Origin: Octopus sinensis
Lineage: Eukaryota
DNA: 64,000 nucleotides
Direction of reading: 5' to 3'
NCBI RefSeq assembly: GCF_006345805.1
Contig: NC_043015.1
Coordinates: 45,694,001 to 45,758,000, forward strand
The position numbers and the translations under genes are program-made. Shown piece by piece: positions 50,748-62,627 of the stretch; the stretch's first letter is position 1, and each line of letters begins with the position of its first letter. Under the pieces are notes generated by a model. It ran no database searches. It worked only from the letters and a program-made list of their open reading frames with translations, and was not told the DNA's origin.

Positions 50748-51255
50748 TAATAATAATAAAAAAAGACAAAAAAACCATGCAGACATGAATGCTTACAAGT
50801 TTTCATTCTGATTGTATTTTCATTCCTATTCTCACCCCCACCCTCCACCCCCCCACCTCCCACTCGAAATCTGAAGCTCTACGTGTGCAGTAAGAGTGGA
50901 TAGTTCATTGCAGTCCCAAACCTCAGAAATGGCGGGAGAGCTAGTGAGGGAATGTGTGTGTGGGTGTGACCGAGTGTTTATATTTTTGTCATTGTGTTTG
51001 AATTTGGCAAAATATTTGCAGGAAATAATGTCGTTATAGCAATACTTATAGACACATGGACAAAGCTAACACCAAGAGACAGACGTGTGGACATGTGTAC
51101 AAACAGACCGAGACACAAATGCTGACATACATATGGAAAGACACATACACACACATGCATGTGTGCACGCACACACACACACACACATATATGCAGACAC
51201 AGTACAAATAGACACACACACACACATTCAGAGAAATACACAAAACAAAACCCAG

Positions 51256-51679
51256 TGGTAAGTAGCTTGCTTACGAACCACATGGTTCTGGGTTCAGTCC
51301 CACTGCGTGGCACCCCTTGAGCAAGTGTCTTCTACTATAGCCTTGGGCCGACCAAAGCCTTGTGAGTGGATTTCGTAGACAGAAACTGAAGGAAGCCCAT
51401 CGTATATATATATATATATGGAAAACGGACGCTAAATGATGATGATGATGATGATGATGTACGTGTGTGTATATGCTTGTGTGTCTGTGTTTGTGCCCCC
51501 AACATCGTTTGACAACCGATGCTGGTGTGTTTACATCCTCGTAACTTAGCAGTTCGGCAAAAGAGACCACTAGAATAAGTACTAGGCTTACAAAGAATAA
51601 GTCCTGGTGTCGATTTGCTCGACTAAAGGCAGTGCTCCAGCATGGCCGCAGTCAAATGACTGAAGCAAGTAAAAGAGTA
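51256..51679 (+). mobile_element. SINE family A containing a small RTE-tail insertion
   Basis: Family A body with ATGGAAAACGGACGCTAAATGATGATG... at about 51418-51459. Confidence 0.85.
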
Positions 51680-51886
51680 TACACACACTCTCATATTAAT
51701 ACAGATTATTCAATGATATGCACACACGCACACGTGTTCACAAACATACATATGCACACTTAATCTATGTTTGTAATTTGTCTGTCTCAATTCAGTCACA
51801 CCAATTATCATGAATGCTATTGCCTAAAGCATCATATAACACACCAACTAAATCAATTCAGTATATGAAATCCAGAATTTAAATGC

Positions 51887-52075
51887 TTAACCCTTGAACA
51901 TTCACATTATTTTGCCAAATGTTAATGCTTATTTTATTCACATCGTTTTGAATTATTCATGCATTATTAGACTGATATTGTAGGGTTGATGTGAGAGGCC
52001 AGATCTGGCCAGTTTGAACATAAAACAGGTAGAATATTTCGGCCAGGCACGGCTGGTTTAAATGCTAAAAGGTTT
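51887..52075. mobile_element. piggyBac-type MITE family 2 (reverse, internally deleted)
   Basis: TTAACCCTTGAACATTCAC start and family body. Confidence 0.7.
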
Positions 52076-52218
52076 TTAGACATTGGGATTAAAACTTCAA
52101 ATGTTTTGACAACGAAGGTCACCAGTGTAGCAGTTTGTTTCATATGCCTTGACAGGGGAAGGACTTTGACTTCACTAAAAGCTATGAAGAACAGTAAATA
52201 CGACATATTATATATATA

Positions 52219-52379
52219 TAGGAGTGGCTGTGTGGTAAGTAGCTTGCTCTCCAGCCACATGGTTTCGGCTTCAGTCCCACTGCATGGCACCTTGTGCAAG
52301 TGTCTTCTACTATGGCTTCGGGCTGACCAAAGCCTTGTGAGTGGATTTGGTAGATGGAAACTGAAAGAAGCCCGTCGTA

Positions 52380-52451
<72 letters not shown>

Positions 52452-52660
52452 GTGTGTGTGTGTGTGTGTTTGCGCCCCCAACATCGCTTGACAGCTGATG
52501 CTGGTGTGTTTACGTCCCCGTAACTTAGCGGTTCGGCAAAAGAGACCACTAGAATAAGTACTAGGCTTACAAAGAATAAGTCCTGAGGTCGATTTGCTCG
52601 ACTAAAAAGGTGGTGCCCCAGCATGGCCACAGTCAAATGACTGAAACAAATAAAAGAGTA
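52219..52660 (+). mobile_element. SINE family A
   Basis: Full-length copy. Confidence 0.9.
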
Positions 52661-52766
52661 TATATATATATATATAGTTAATCCAAACAAGAAAACACAA
52701 AAAAACACAACAGCATGAGGATGTGGAACAAATATAGTATTATTGGATGCTCAGGGAAGAAGGAGA

Positions 52767-52801
52767 GTTTAACGTTTCGAGCGGAGCTCTTCGTCGGAAA
52801 C
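52767..52801 (-). ncRNA. minimal type I hammerhead-ribozyme-like motif (Penelope-type)
   Basis: Minus strand GTTT-CCGACGA-A-GAGC-TCC-GCTC-GAAACGTT-AAAC: stem I GTTT/AAAC, stem II GAGC/GCTC, palindromic ACGT stem III; the core has C in place of U4. Confidence 0.6.
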
Positions 52802-53204
52802 ATAGGAGAAGGAAAGATCCCGAGAAGGGAAGACATATGTATATGTATGATGGGCCTCTTTTAGTTTCTGTTTACCAAATCCACTTACAAGGCTTTGGTC
52901 AGCCCAAGGCTATAGTAGAAGTCACTTGCCCAAGATGCTATGTGGTTGGGAAGCAAGCTCCTTACCACAGAGGTACGCCTATGTTTTTTTTCTTTTGCTG
53001 TAGTGGTGTAGCTTCTCTTTTATACTTTTGTGCTCGTTTTATTCATTGGATCGTGGCCTTGCCATGGTTGTGCCCTTGAGTACAACGGCTGCAGTAACTG
53101 GCACTCCATGAGTTACAATGGTCAGTGTCCCAGTTGATCCAATCCTTGCAACAGCCTGCTTGTGAAATTAACATGCAAGTGGCTGAGTACTCCACAGACC
53201 CATA

Positions 53205-53470
53205 CAGCAGTGGCTGTGTGGTAAGTAGCTTGCTTACCAACAAGATAGTTCTGGGTTCAGTCCCACTGCGTGGCACCTTGAGCAAGAGTCTTCGTGTTTG
53301 TTCCCCAGCATCACTTGACAACTGATGGTGGTGTGTTTATGTCCCCGTAACTTAGTGGTTCGGCAAAAGAGACTGGTCTTACAAAGAATAAGTCCTGGGG
53401 TGGATTTGCTTGACTAAAGGCGGTGCTCCAGCATGGCAGCAGTCTCAAATGACTGAAACAAGAGTAAAAG
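53205..53470 (+). mobile_element. SINE family A with internal deletion
   Basis: Head and 3' half are joined; the central segment is missing. Confidence 0.85.
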
Positions 53471-54548
53471 TGTATGTCATACGTATACAAGCAGCACTGC
53501 ATGTTAAGTGATGTAAACATTAATATATACACGCATACACAAACATACCCATTTGTTTGTGTGTCTATACACATACACACATAACGAATTTCCATGCAAT
53601 TTCTATCAAACAAATTTCACTCACAAGTATTAGTATATATATTCTGAACCCTTAAATTATACTCCAAAATATCTATCTATCTTTCTATCTATCAAATATA
53701 TATTTAAAAATTTGCTCTGCACCTGGATACCTTTTTCCTGTGCACCAGTATACTGTGGCCTACTTACTATATGAGGACTACTGCTCTATTTTGTTGTTTA
53801 GTCTGCTAGAAATAGCAGTCAAGCCTCCCTCTAATCATACCATCCTGGTTAAAAGAAACAACCACAAAAATTGCACTGTACAATGCATTTCTCACTATAC
53901 AAAAAAAAAATGATAATAATAATAATAAAGGAGGTAGTCATATCTGAAACACTTTTGAGCATAAGTCTTATACTCAGTCAGGTTAACCCAGGGCTAAACA
54001 ACAACAGCTACTGCACTTGACAGGTGTTCAGTTGTTGGTTTCACCATATTTCATTCAGAGAGAGGGAGTTTGTGCATTTTGTTGGAATCATTTGCTGCTA
54101 TTTCTTTGCTTCATGTTGCCTGGTATGTTTGAATGTATTGAAAATTGTTGACTCTTCTTGCTAATATTTTTGTTACAAAATTTCTGATGAAATTCACTGC
54201 TTTTATTTCAATTAATTTTTGCTCATAATGAAGAATTTATTAAAATAAATTTTGTCATTATTAAACTGGTGTTTTGGAATATAAATTAGCACAAAATTTT
54301 GTTGAGATCTCTTTAACCTTTTTATTACTCTATTTCTGTCAAAATACGTTCCTTTCATTTCAATTAATTTCACATATAATTTAACACGAAATTTTATAAA
54401 GAGGCTTTAATTTAGGTCATTTTAAAACAGGAAGTTTGAGTCACAGAACCAGGGTCAGTCTCAGGTGGGTTGGTATGGAAAGAGTTAAATCAGTGATGAT
54501 CTCATCATACACATATGCATTGTTATTTTTTTTTTTTAAAGAGAGGAT

Positions 54549-54776
54549 TTAACCCTTTAGTGTTTAAACCGGCCATATCCAGCCAAAATATTCTACCTAT
54601 TTTATGTTCAAACTAGTCATATATGGTCATTCATAGCTACCTTATTGTGTCATTTTAAAAATAAACAATCACATCATTGAAATCTCAAAGCCATGAAATG
54701 ATGCAAGATTAATTTTACATAGTGTGAATATATAAGCTTTACATTTGACAGAATAATCTGAATGCTAAAGGGTTAA
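54549..54776. mobile_element. piggyBac-type MITE family 2
   Basis: TTAA-CCCTTTAG ... CTAAAGGG-TTAA. Confidence 0.85.
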
Positions 54777-55537
54777 AGTATTTCAGTTCAAATTTTATAT
54801 ATTTATTTATTTTTTCAAATAATTGCAATACACATTCTTTTCATCCTTGTTGACTTTGAAAGAAGTAAAAGGAAAAAAAAAAAAATTGAAATATTCTGGT
54901 AACCCCCATGAGGTTGTGTAAACTATATTTAGTTAGTCCGATGAAGTTTCTTCTAGGTTTATTTGTAAATGTGTGCGTTTGTGTGTGGGTGAATGGGTGG
55001 CAGTGATGGCGGTGATGATTGCATTAAAGTAAAATGCAATACTATATAGTATTTAGTTTCATTCCCCCCTCTTTCAGTCGTTTTGGTGTCAGCTTTACTT
55101 TATACACACTGCTTGAAGTTGGATTTTTAAAAAATGATTAATTATTATCCAATGCAGGCATGACTGTGTGGTAAGAAGTTTGCGTCTCAACCATATAGTT
55201 TCAGGTTCAGTCCCACTGTGTGGCACCTTGGGCAAGTGTCTTCTACTATATAACCTCAGGCTGACTGAAGCCTTGCGAGTGGATTTGGTAAAAGGAAATT
55301 GAAAGAAGCTTGTCATATATATGTCATTATCATCATCGTTTAACATCTGTCTTCCATGCTGGCATGGGTTGGAAGGTTTGACAGGATTTAGCCAAGCAGA
55401 AGACTGCACCAGACTTTATCTGTTTTGGTACGGTTTTTATGGCTGGATGCTCTTCCTAACACCAACCACTCAGCAGAATGGACTAATCACAGTGGACATC
55501 CTCTGTCTTCCTTTCTCTGGATCTTTCCTTCTCCTAT

Positions 55538-55572
55538 GTTTCCAACGAAGAGCTCCGCTCGAAACGTTAAAC
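55538..55572 (+). ncRNA. degenerate hammerhead-like motif (second copy)
   Basis: GTTT-CCAACGA-A-GAGC-TCC-GCTC-GAAACGTT-AAAC; core G5 changed to A. Confidence 0.5.
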
Positions 55573-55658
55573 CCTCCTTCTTTCCTGAGCGTCCAATAAT
55601 ACTATATTTGTTCCACGTCCTCGCATTGTTGTGTTTTTTTGTGTTTTCTTGTTTGGAT

Positions 55659-55696
<38 letters not shown>

Positions 55697-55937
55697 GCAA
55701 AAATACATATAGAGAAAACCACATCCTTAATTGTAGAATTCACCTTACAAAGCTGATAGTTCCTTCTGTTGTATTAACATATTTAGATATCAAAAATATC
55801 ATTGAAATTAATATTTCTGGAAATACATGTTACCATGTTTTCAAGATGATCCAAAATTAGTTAAATTCAAAGTGATATTTGCCTGGAATTTTTAATCCCC
55901 ATTTTCTTGTTATATATAAGGAGATCAATGCTCGGGA

Positions 55938-56077
55938 TGTTAAACCCTTTACATCTCGAAGTCTTCTACGTATGTTTTGACAGATGCACTCCAAAAATGT
56001 CCAACAGAGTAAATTATGGTCAGCAATGCATCAATCTCATTATATGTAGAAGACTTCAAGATATAAATGGTTTAACA
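55938..56077. mobile_element. small TIR element with TTAA ends
   Basis: TGTTAAACCCTTTACATCTCGAAGTCTTCTACGTA pairs with TATGTAGAAGACTTCAAGATATAAATGGTTTAACA. Confidence 0.7.
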
Positions 56078-56225
56078 ACATCTCAAGCATTTGTCTCCTT
56101 ATTCAATTCCCCTATTTTCTTACTAAATACGACTTATTATCTTGGAATTAAATCCTGGGACAGTTAAGCAACATTTAGCTACCTTGTAATTATTCCCCTG
56201 GATATTTTCTATAAATTGTAAACTC

Positions 56226-56302
<77 letters not shown>

Positions 56303-56304
<2 letters not shown>

Positions 56305-58000
56305 CATCATCATCATCGTCGTTTAACGTCCGTTCTCCATGCTAGCATGGGTTGGACGGTTCGACCGGGGTTCTGGGAAGCCAGAAGGCTGCACCAGGCT
56401 CCAGTCTAATTTGGCAATGTTTCTACAGCTGGATGCCCTTCCTAACGCCAACCACTCCGTGAGTGTAGTGGGTGCTTTTTACGTGCCACCTGCACAGGTG
56501 CCAGGCGGGCTTGCAACGGCCACGGTCAGATTGGTGTATTTTATGTGCCACCGCACGGAAGCCAGTCGAGGCGGTGCTGGCATCGGCCACGAGTCGGATA
56601 GTGCTTTTTACGTACCACCAGACCAGGGATCCTGGCTGGTTCAATTCGATTTCGATTTCGCTTGCCCCAACATGTCTTCACAAGCAAAGGGGGTTGGCAA
56701 GGGTGCCTGTCGTACGGTCGCATTGGAGTATTTTACGTGCCACGGCCACGAGTCGGATAGTGCTTTACGTACCACCAGACCAGGGATACTGGCTGGTTCA
56801 ATTCGATTTCGATTTCGCTTGCCCCAACATGTCTTCACAAGCAAAGGGGGTTGGCAAGGGTGCCTGTCGTACGGTCGCATTGGAGTATTTTACGTGCCAT
56901 GGCCACGAGTCGGATAGTGCTTTACGTACCACCAGACCAGGGATCCTGGCTGGTTCAATTCGATTTCGATTTCGCTTCCCCAACATGTCTTCACAAGCAA
57001 AGGGGGTTGGCATGGGTGCCTGTCGTACGGTCGCATTGGAGTATTTTACGTGCCACGGCCCCCGAGTCGGATAGTGCTTTTTACGTACCACCAGGCCAGG
57101 GATCCTGGCTGGTTCAATTCGGTTTCGATTTCGATTTCGCTTGCCCCAACATGTCTTCGCAAGCATGGGGGGTTGGGATGGGTGTCTGTCGTCGGATGAG
57201 GTTCTATATCGACTTCGCTTGCCTCAACCGGTCTTTGTGTCCAAGGGAGGAAAGGCATTCATAAGTGGGCTGGGCTCACTTGTCCTGCCTGGTCTTCTCA
57301 CGTACAGAATATTTCCAAAGGTCTCGGTCTCTGGTCATTTCCTCAGTGAGGCCTAAAGTTCGAAGGTCTTTCACCACCTCGTCCCAGGTTTTCCTGGGTC
57401 TACCTCTTCCACGGGTTCCCTCAACTGCTAGGGATTGGCACTTTCTCACACACCTATCTTCATCCATTCTCGCCACATGACCATACCAGCGCAATCGTCT
57501 CTCTTGCACACCACAACTGATGCTTCTTAGGTACAACATTTCTCTCAAGGTGCTAACGCTCTGTCGAGTATGTACACTGACATTACACATCCATCGGAGC
57601 ATACTGGCTTCATTCCTCACGAGCTTACGCATGTCCTCAGCAGTCACAGCCCATGTTCGCTGCCATGTAGCATGGCTGTTCGTACACACTCATACAGTCT
57701 GCCTTTTACTCTGAGCGAGAGGCCTTTAGTCACCAGCAGAGGTAGAGCTCCCTAAACTTTGCCCAGGCTATTCTTATTCTAGCAGTTACACTTTCAGCGC
57801 ACCCCACCCCCCTACTGACTTGGTCACCTAGATAACGGAAGCTATCAACTACTTCTAGTTTTTCCCCCTGGAAAGTGACGGAAGTTGTTTTCTGCAGATT
57901 TTCGGAGGTAATGCTCCCGAGCATCTGCCACATACAAAAACTATCTTCCCAGTTAGCCTACCTTTGACATTGCTGCACCTCTTATGTGTCCATAGCTTAC
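56303..58000 (-). mobile_element. RTE-clade LINE 3' fragment (ORF2 C-terminus plus long 3' UTR with tandem array)
   Basis: ORF 57276-57689: MLRWMCNVS...RRLRWYGHVARMDE...GRGRPRKTW...DRDLW; (GAT)n tail at 56303. Confidence 0.9.
56585..57195. repeat. tandem array, about 157-bp unit, about 3.8 copies
   Basis: GGCC(A/C)CGAGTCGGATAG starts at 56585, 56744, 56901 and 57057. Confidence 0.92.
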
Positions 58001-58009
58001 ATATATATA

Positions 58010-59319
58010 TATATATAATATATATATAATATATGGGGTTTGTGTTTGTCCTCCCACTACTTGACAACAGGTGCTGGTTTATTTAGCTCCCCAGCTTAGT
58101 TTTTCAGCAAAAGAGATCATTAGAATAAGTACCTGATGTGTGTGTGTGTGTGTGTGTGTGTATAAAACTCCACCTCTCTCCCAAAATCTGGATTTATTTG
58201 TTCAATAAAACCCTTAAAGGCAGTGTCCCTGCATGGCTGCAGTCCAGTGGCAGGAATAAGTAAAAGATATGATTGACTTAAGTGTGTGTGTGCGCAGGAT
58301 TTCTGGATATACTTCTAAAATACCATACTTAATTTAAATTATTTAATTATTTTCAATTATTTGAACCACTTACAGCCACCAATGCAAATACCATGTGTGT
58401 GTGTATTGAACATTACAAAAACATACATACACACACACACACCACACATTATATAATATATATATATATATGGGGTTTGTGTTTGTCCTCCCACTACTTG
58501 ACAACAGGTGCTGGTTTATTTAGCTCCCCAGCTTAGTTTTTCAGCAAAAGAGATCATTAGAATAAGTACCTGATGTGTGTGTGTGTGTGTGTGTGTGTAT
58601 AAAACTCCACCTCTCTCCCAAAATCTGGATTTATTTGTTCAATAAAACCCTTAAAGGCAGTGTCCCTGCATGGCTGCAGTCCAGTGGCAGGAATAAGTAA
58701 AAGATATGATTGACTTAAGTGTGTGTGTGCGCAGGATTTCTGGATATACTTCTAAAATACCATACTTAATTTAAATTATTTAATTATTTTCAATTATTTG
58801 AACCACTTACAGCCACCAATGCAAATACCATGTGTGTGTGTATTGAACATTACAAAAACATACATACACACACACACACCACACATTATATAATATATAT
58901 ATATATATGGGGTTTGTGTTTGTCCTCCCACTACTTGACAACAGGTGCTGGTTTATTTAGCTCCCCAGCTTAGTTTTTCAGCAAAAGAGATCATTAGAAT
59001 AAGTACCTGATGTGTGTGTGGTGTGTGTGTGTGTATAAAACTCCACCTCTCTCCCAAAATCTGGATTTATTTGTTCAATAAAACCCTTAAAGGCAGTGTC
59101 CCTGCATGGCTGCAGTCCAGTGGCAGGAATAAGTAAAAGATATGATTGACTTAAGTGTGTGTGTGCGCAGGATTTCTGGATATACTTCTAAAATACCATA
59201 CTTAATTTAAATTATTTAATTATTTTCAATTAATTTGAACCACTTACAGCCACCAATGCAAATACCATGTGTGTGTGTATTGAACATTACAAAAACATAC
59301 ATACACACACACACACACA

Positions 59320-59345
<26 letters not shown>
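58010..59345. repeat. tandem triplication, 437-bp period
   Basis: GGGGTTTGTGTTTGTCCTCCC at 58035, 58472 and 58909. Confidence 0.95.
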
Positions 59346-59353
<8 letters not shown>

Positions 59354-59707
59354 ATATAAACCCATACATCATGTGTTGTATATGCATGGTTGTGTATCCA
59401 CCTACATATTTCTGTACTTTTTTTTAGTATGTGTACATGTGAAATATTTTATTGAAACCAAAGAAAGAAAGAAAAAAACGAACAAACAACCCCAGAATAT
59501 ATATTTTTAATTGCTTGTAAATTGATATCTGTTAAAAAACCCAGTGCATAACAAACTTGTAGTCTGAGCTCTGGTGAGAGTCAGGTTGGAATTCTAAACA
59601 GATGTAGTACAATATCTTGTATGTGTGTGCATGGGAGCACACACACATATACACACGTGTGCACATCCACTCACCTTTATACATACACACACGTGGTGTG
59701 TGTGTGT

Positions 59708-59923
59708 TAGGGAGTGCTGAAAGGTTCATGGCTTTAAGGGTGTCGCGAAAAGCCTAGTTGGAGGCCCAACCTTCTGAGTTTTTTTACAGGGCTTAGAGAA
59801 ACTGAGGGACTGCTGTAATAAGTTTGTGAATCTGAGAGGTGAATACGTTGAATAAAATCCTAATTAACTGATTCTCCTGTATATTCTTTTACCCAAAGCC
59901 AGGACTTTTCAGCACCCCTTGTA
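59708..59923. mobile_element. mariner-derived MITE
   Basis: GGGAGTGCTGAAAGGTTCATGGCTTT ... AAAGCCAGGACTTTTCAGCACCCC TIRs. Confidence 0.8.
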
Positions 59924-61086
59924 TATATATGTATATGCATGCATATGTACAGATTTTATATATTAAGAAAAAGGAGGTAGTCAGAATTTTGGATAATTAT
60001 TTATTTAGCGCTTACATCTCATTTTGGAGAATCATCAGAACTGATTTTTACAGAAAATTTCTGGCTTTTTTAAAAATATATATATGGGTGTGTTAGTTGA
60101 ATAGAATATGCATGTGTGTATCTTATTCTTATACAAGAATATTGTTATCTGATTTCGAAGTTTTAGTCGGCTAAGCCATTGTTAGATTCTGTGTGTGTGT
60201 ACACATAAACAAATTGTCCAGATATAAAACATATAAATGTAACAGTGAGCAGTTATCATATATAGCATATTTTTAAAATTGGGTTTTTGTTTTAGGAACA
60301 TGAAACTCCTCATACAAGAAGGCCAAGATCTGTCTCAATATAATGCATACACACAGACAGAAAGTAAACGCTCGACAGATTGCTAACCATTTCTGATCAA
60401 CTTCTACCCTCAGTCTGTTTGCTTCTTGCTGATATAGACCTTTGACTAACTTCTAGCTTTTATCAACTTAACCTCAAAATATACTTATGTGTGGGTGTAT
60501 GCAAAGGCTAGTTATTGTGCACGTGTGTGTGTGTGTGATCATCTGCAACAGCATCATAGTTTAATGTCCACTTTTCCTTGCTTGTATGAGTCAGACAGAA
60601 TTTGTCAAGCCAGGTTTTCTATGGCTGGATGCCCCTCTTACTGTTTCCGAGCAAGGCAGTACTTCCCCATGGCCAGACACATTTTTCATGGAGAGCTGGA
60701 AATTAAACAACCCTGCTTGTATAACAGTGATTCTCACTTACAACTATCACATAATATCAAAGCAAGGGTACACACACAGGAATATAAACACACACATGCA
60801 TACACAAGACAGGCTTTTTTCCATTTCCAGCTACCAAATCCACTCGCAAGGTTTTGGTTGGTCCAAGGCTATAGTAGGAGTAACACTTGCTGAAGGTGCC
60901 ACGTAGTGGGACTGAACCCAAGGTCGCATGGTTGGGAAGTAAGCTTCTTTACCACACAGCCATGCTTATACTGTAATCTCATAAATGGATCTCTGTCAGT
61001 TTCAGCGATGACTATTCACTTATTTTATAAACTGAACTAAATGCTCATTGAATGAGTGTGAAAATGGCTTATTCAACAGGCATTGA

Positions 61087-61545
61087 TATCATCATCATCA
61101 TCGTTTAACGTCCGCTTTCCATGCTAGCATGGGTTGGACGGTTCAACTGGGGTCTGGGAAGCCAGAAGGCTGCACCAAGCCAGTCAGATCTGGCGGTGTT
61201 TTTACAGCTGGATGCCCTTCCTAACGCCAACCACCCCGTGAGTGTAGTGGGTGCTTTTTATGTGCCACCGACACAGGTGCCAGACGAGGCTGGCGAACGG
61301 CCACGCTCGAATGGTGTTTTTTATATTTCTCAGGTAGACGGTGCCATGTAAAAAGCATTGGTGCTAGTGCCACGTAGAAAGCAACCAGTGCACTCTGTAA
61401 AGTGTTTGGTGTTAGGAAGGGCATCCAGCTATAGAAACCAAACCAGAACAGTGTGGAACCTGGTGTAGCTCCTGGCATTGCCTTTTCCTGTCAAACCATC
61501 CAACCCATGCCAGCAAGGAAAATGGATGTTAAATGATGATGACGT
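61087..61545. mobile_element. two RTE 3' UTR fragments in inverted orientation
   Basis: Minus-strand copy about 61087-61320, plus-strand copy about 61330-61545; both tails point outward. Confidence 0.75.
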
Positions 61546-61934
61546 AGAATGACAAGACCGGTCCTCTAAATTACAAGTACAGTCCACCTGATAGGCTTCA
61601 GCATGGTTTCCGTCTAACCCAATTTCACTCGCAAAGTTTAATTAAATTGATCCTGAGGCTTATAATTTAAAGAGACTTGCCCAAGATGTCATAGTGGGAT
61701 TGAACCCAAGACCTCATTATTATAAAGTAAATATCTTAACCTTTGGCCCACTGCTGTATTTTTGTTCTTTGGAAATAATGTATGACTTATTTCAGTTTGG
61801 ACTGCAATGAAATTTTATGTTTTGAAAATTTGTATTTTGAATTGTATTTGAATTGAAATCTGTTGTGTGTGTGTGTGTTTGTGTCTGCGCTTATGTTTTT
61901 TTTATTTTGTGTGCATTTTATTTTGTATGTATGC

Positions 61935-62229
61935 CTCGGGCCGACCAAAGCCTTGTGAGTGGATTTGGTAGACGGAAACTGAAAGAAGCCTGTTGTATGT
62001 ATGTATATATATGTGTTTGTGTGTCTGTGTTTGTCCCCCTAGCATTGCTTGACAACCGATGCTGGTGTGTTTATGTCCCCGTTACTTAGCGGTTCGGTAT
62101 TAGAGACCGATAGAATAAGTACTGGGCTTACAAAAGAATAAGTCCTGGGGTCGAGTTGCTCGATTAAAGGTGGTGCTCCAGCATGGCCGCAGTCAAATGA
62201 CTGAAACAAGTAAAAGAGTAAAGAGAGAG
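61935..62229 (+). mobile_element. SINE family A, headless
   Basis: Body and tail. Confidence 0.88.
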
Positions 62230-62361
62230 TATGTGTATTTGTATTTTTTGCTTTGTGTGTGTTGTATTTGTGTGTTTTTATCTTGTGTGTATGTGTATTT
62301 TCCGACTGTGAGCATATAAGGGAGGCTTATAACATGGGTTTTGCAATCTTGATTTTTTTAG

Positions 62362-62536
62362 GAAAGAAAAGAAAATATGGAGCCTAATGTAGAATGTCAA
62401 GGCCAATCAGTTTCTGGTACTCGAACATGTCGCGCACGTCGATCAATCAACTACAAATTTACTGAGTTTGACGAGCTTATTGACAGCGCTATCCAGGACG
62501 ATATGAAAAACGCGAAAGATGCTTCGGCTGCAGAAT
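62362..62536 (+). CDS. RSF1: RSF1 coding exon (RTCRARRSINYKFTEFDELIDSAIQDDMK)
   Basis: tttag/ ... /gtaagc, 175 bp, phase 0 to 1. Matches recalled RTRKCISYRFDEFDEAIDEAIEDDIK. Confidence 0.92.
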
Positions 62537-62627
62537 GTAAGCATGAAACAAATTAACTCTTACCTGTGTTTTTTTTTGGTTTTTTTCTCTATGAAAAAAG
62601 ATTTGTTTGTAATTTCTAATAAACAAC

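Noticed and set aside
56585-59345. Regular repeats that might suggest a CRISPR array
   Set aside because: The units are whole tandem copies without unique spacers, in a eukaryotic intron with no cas genes.
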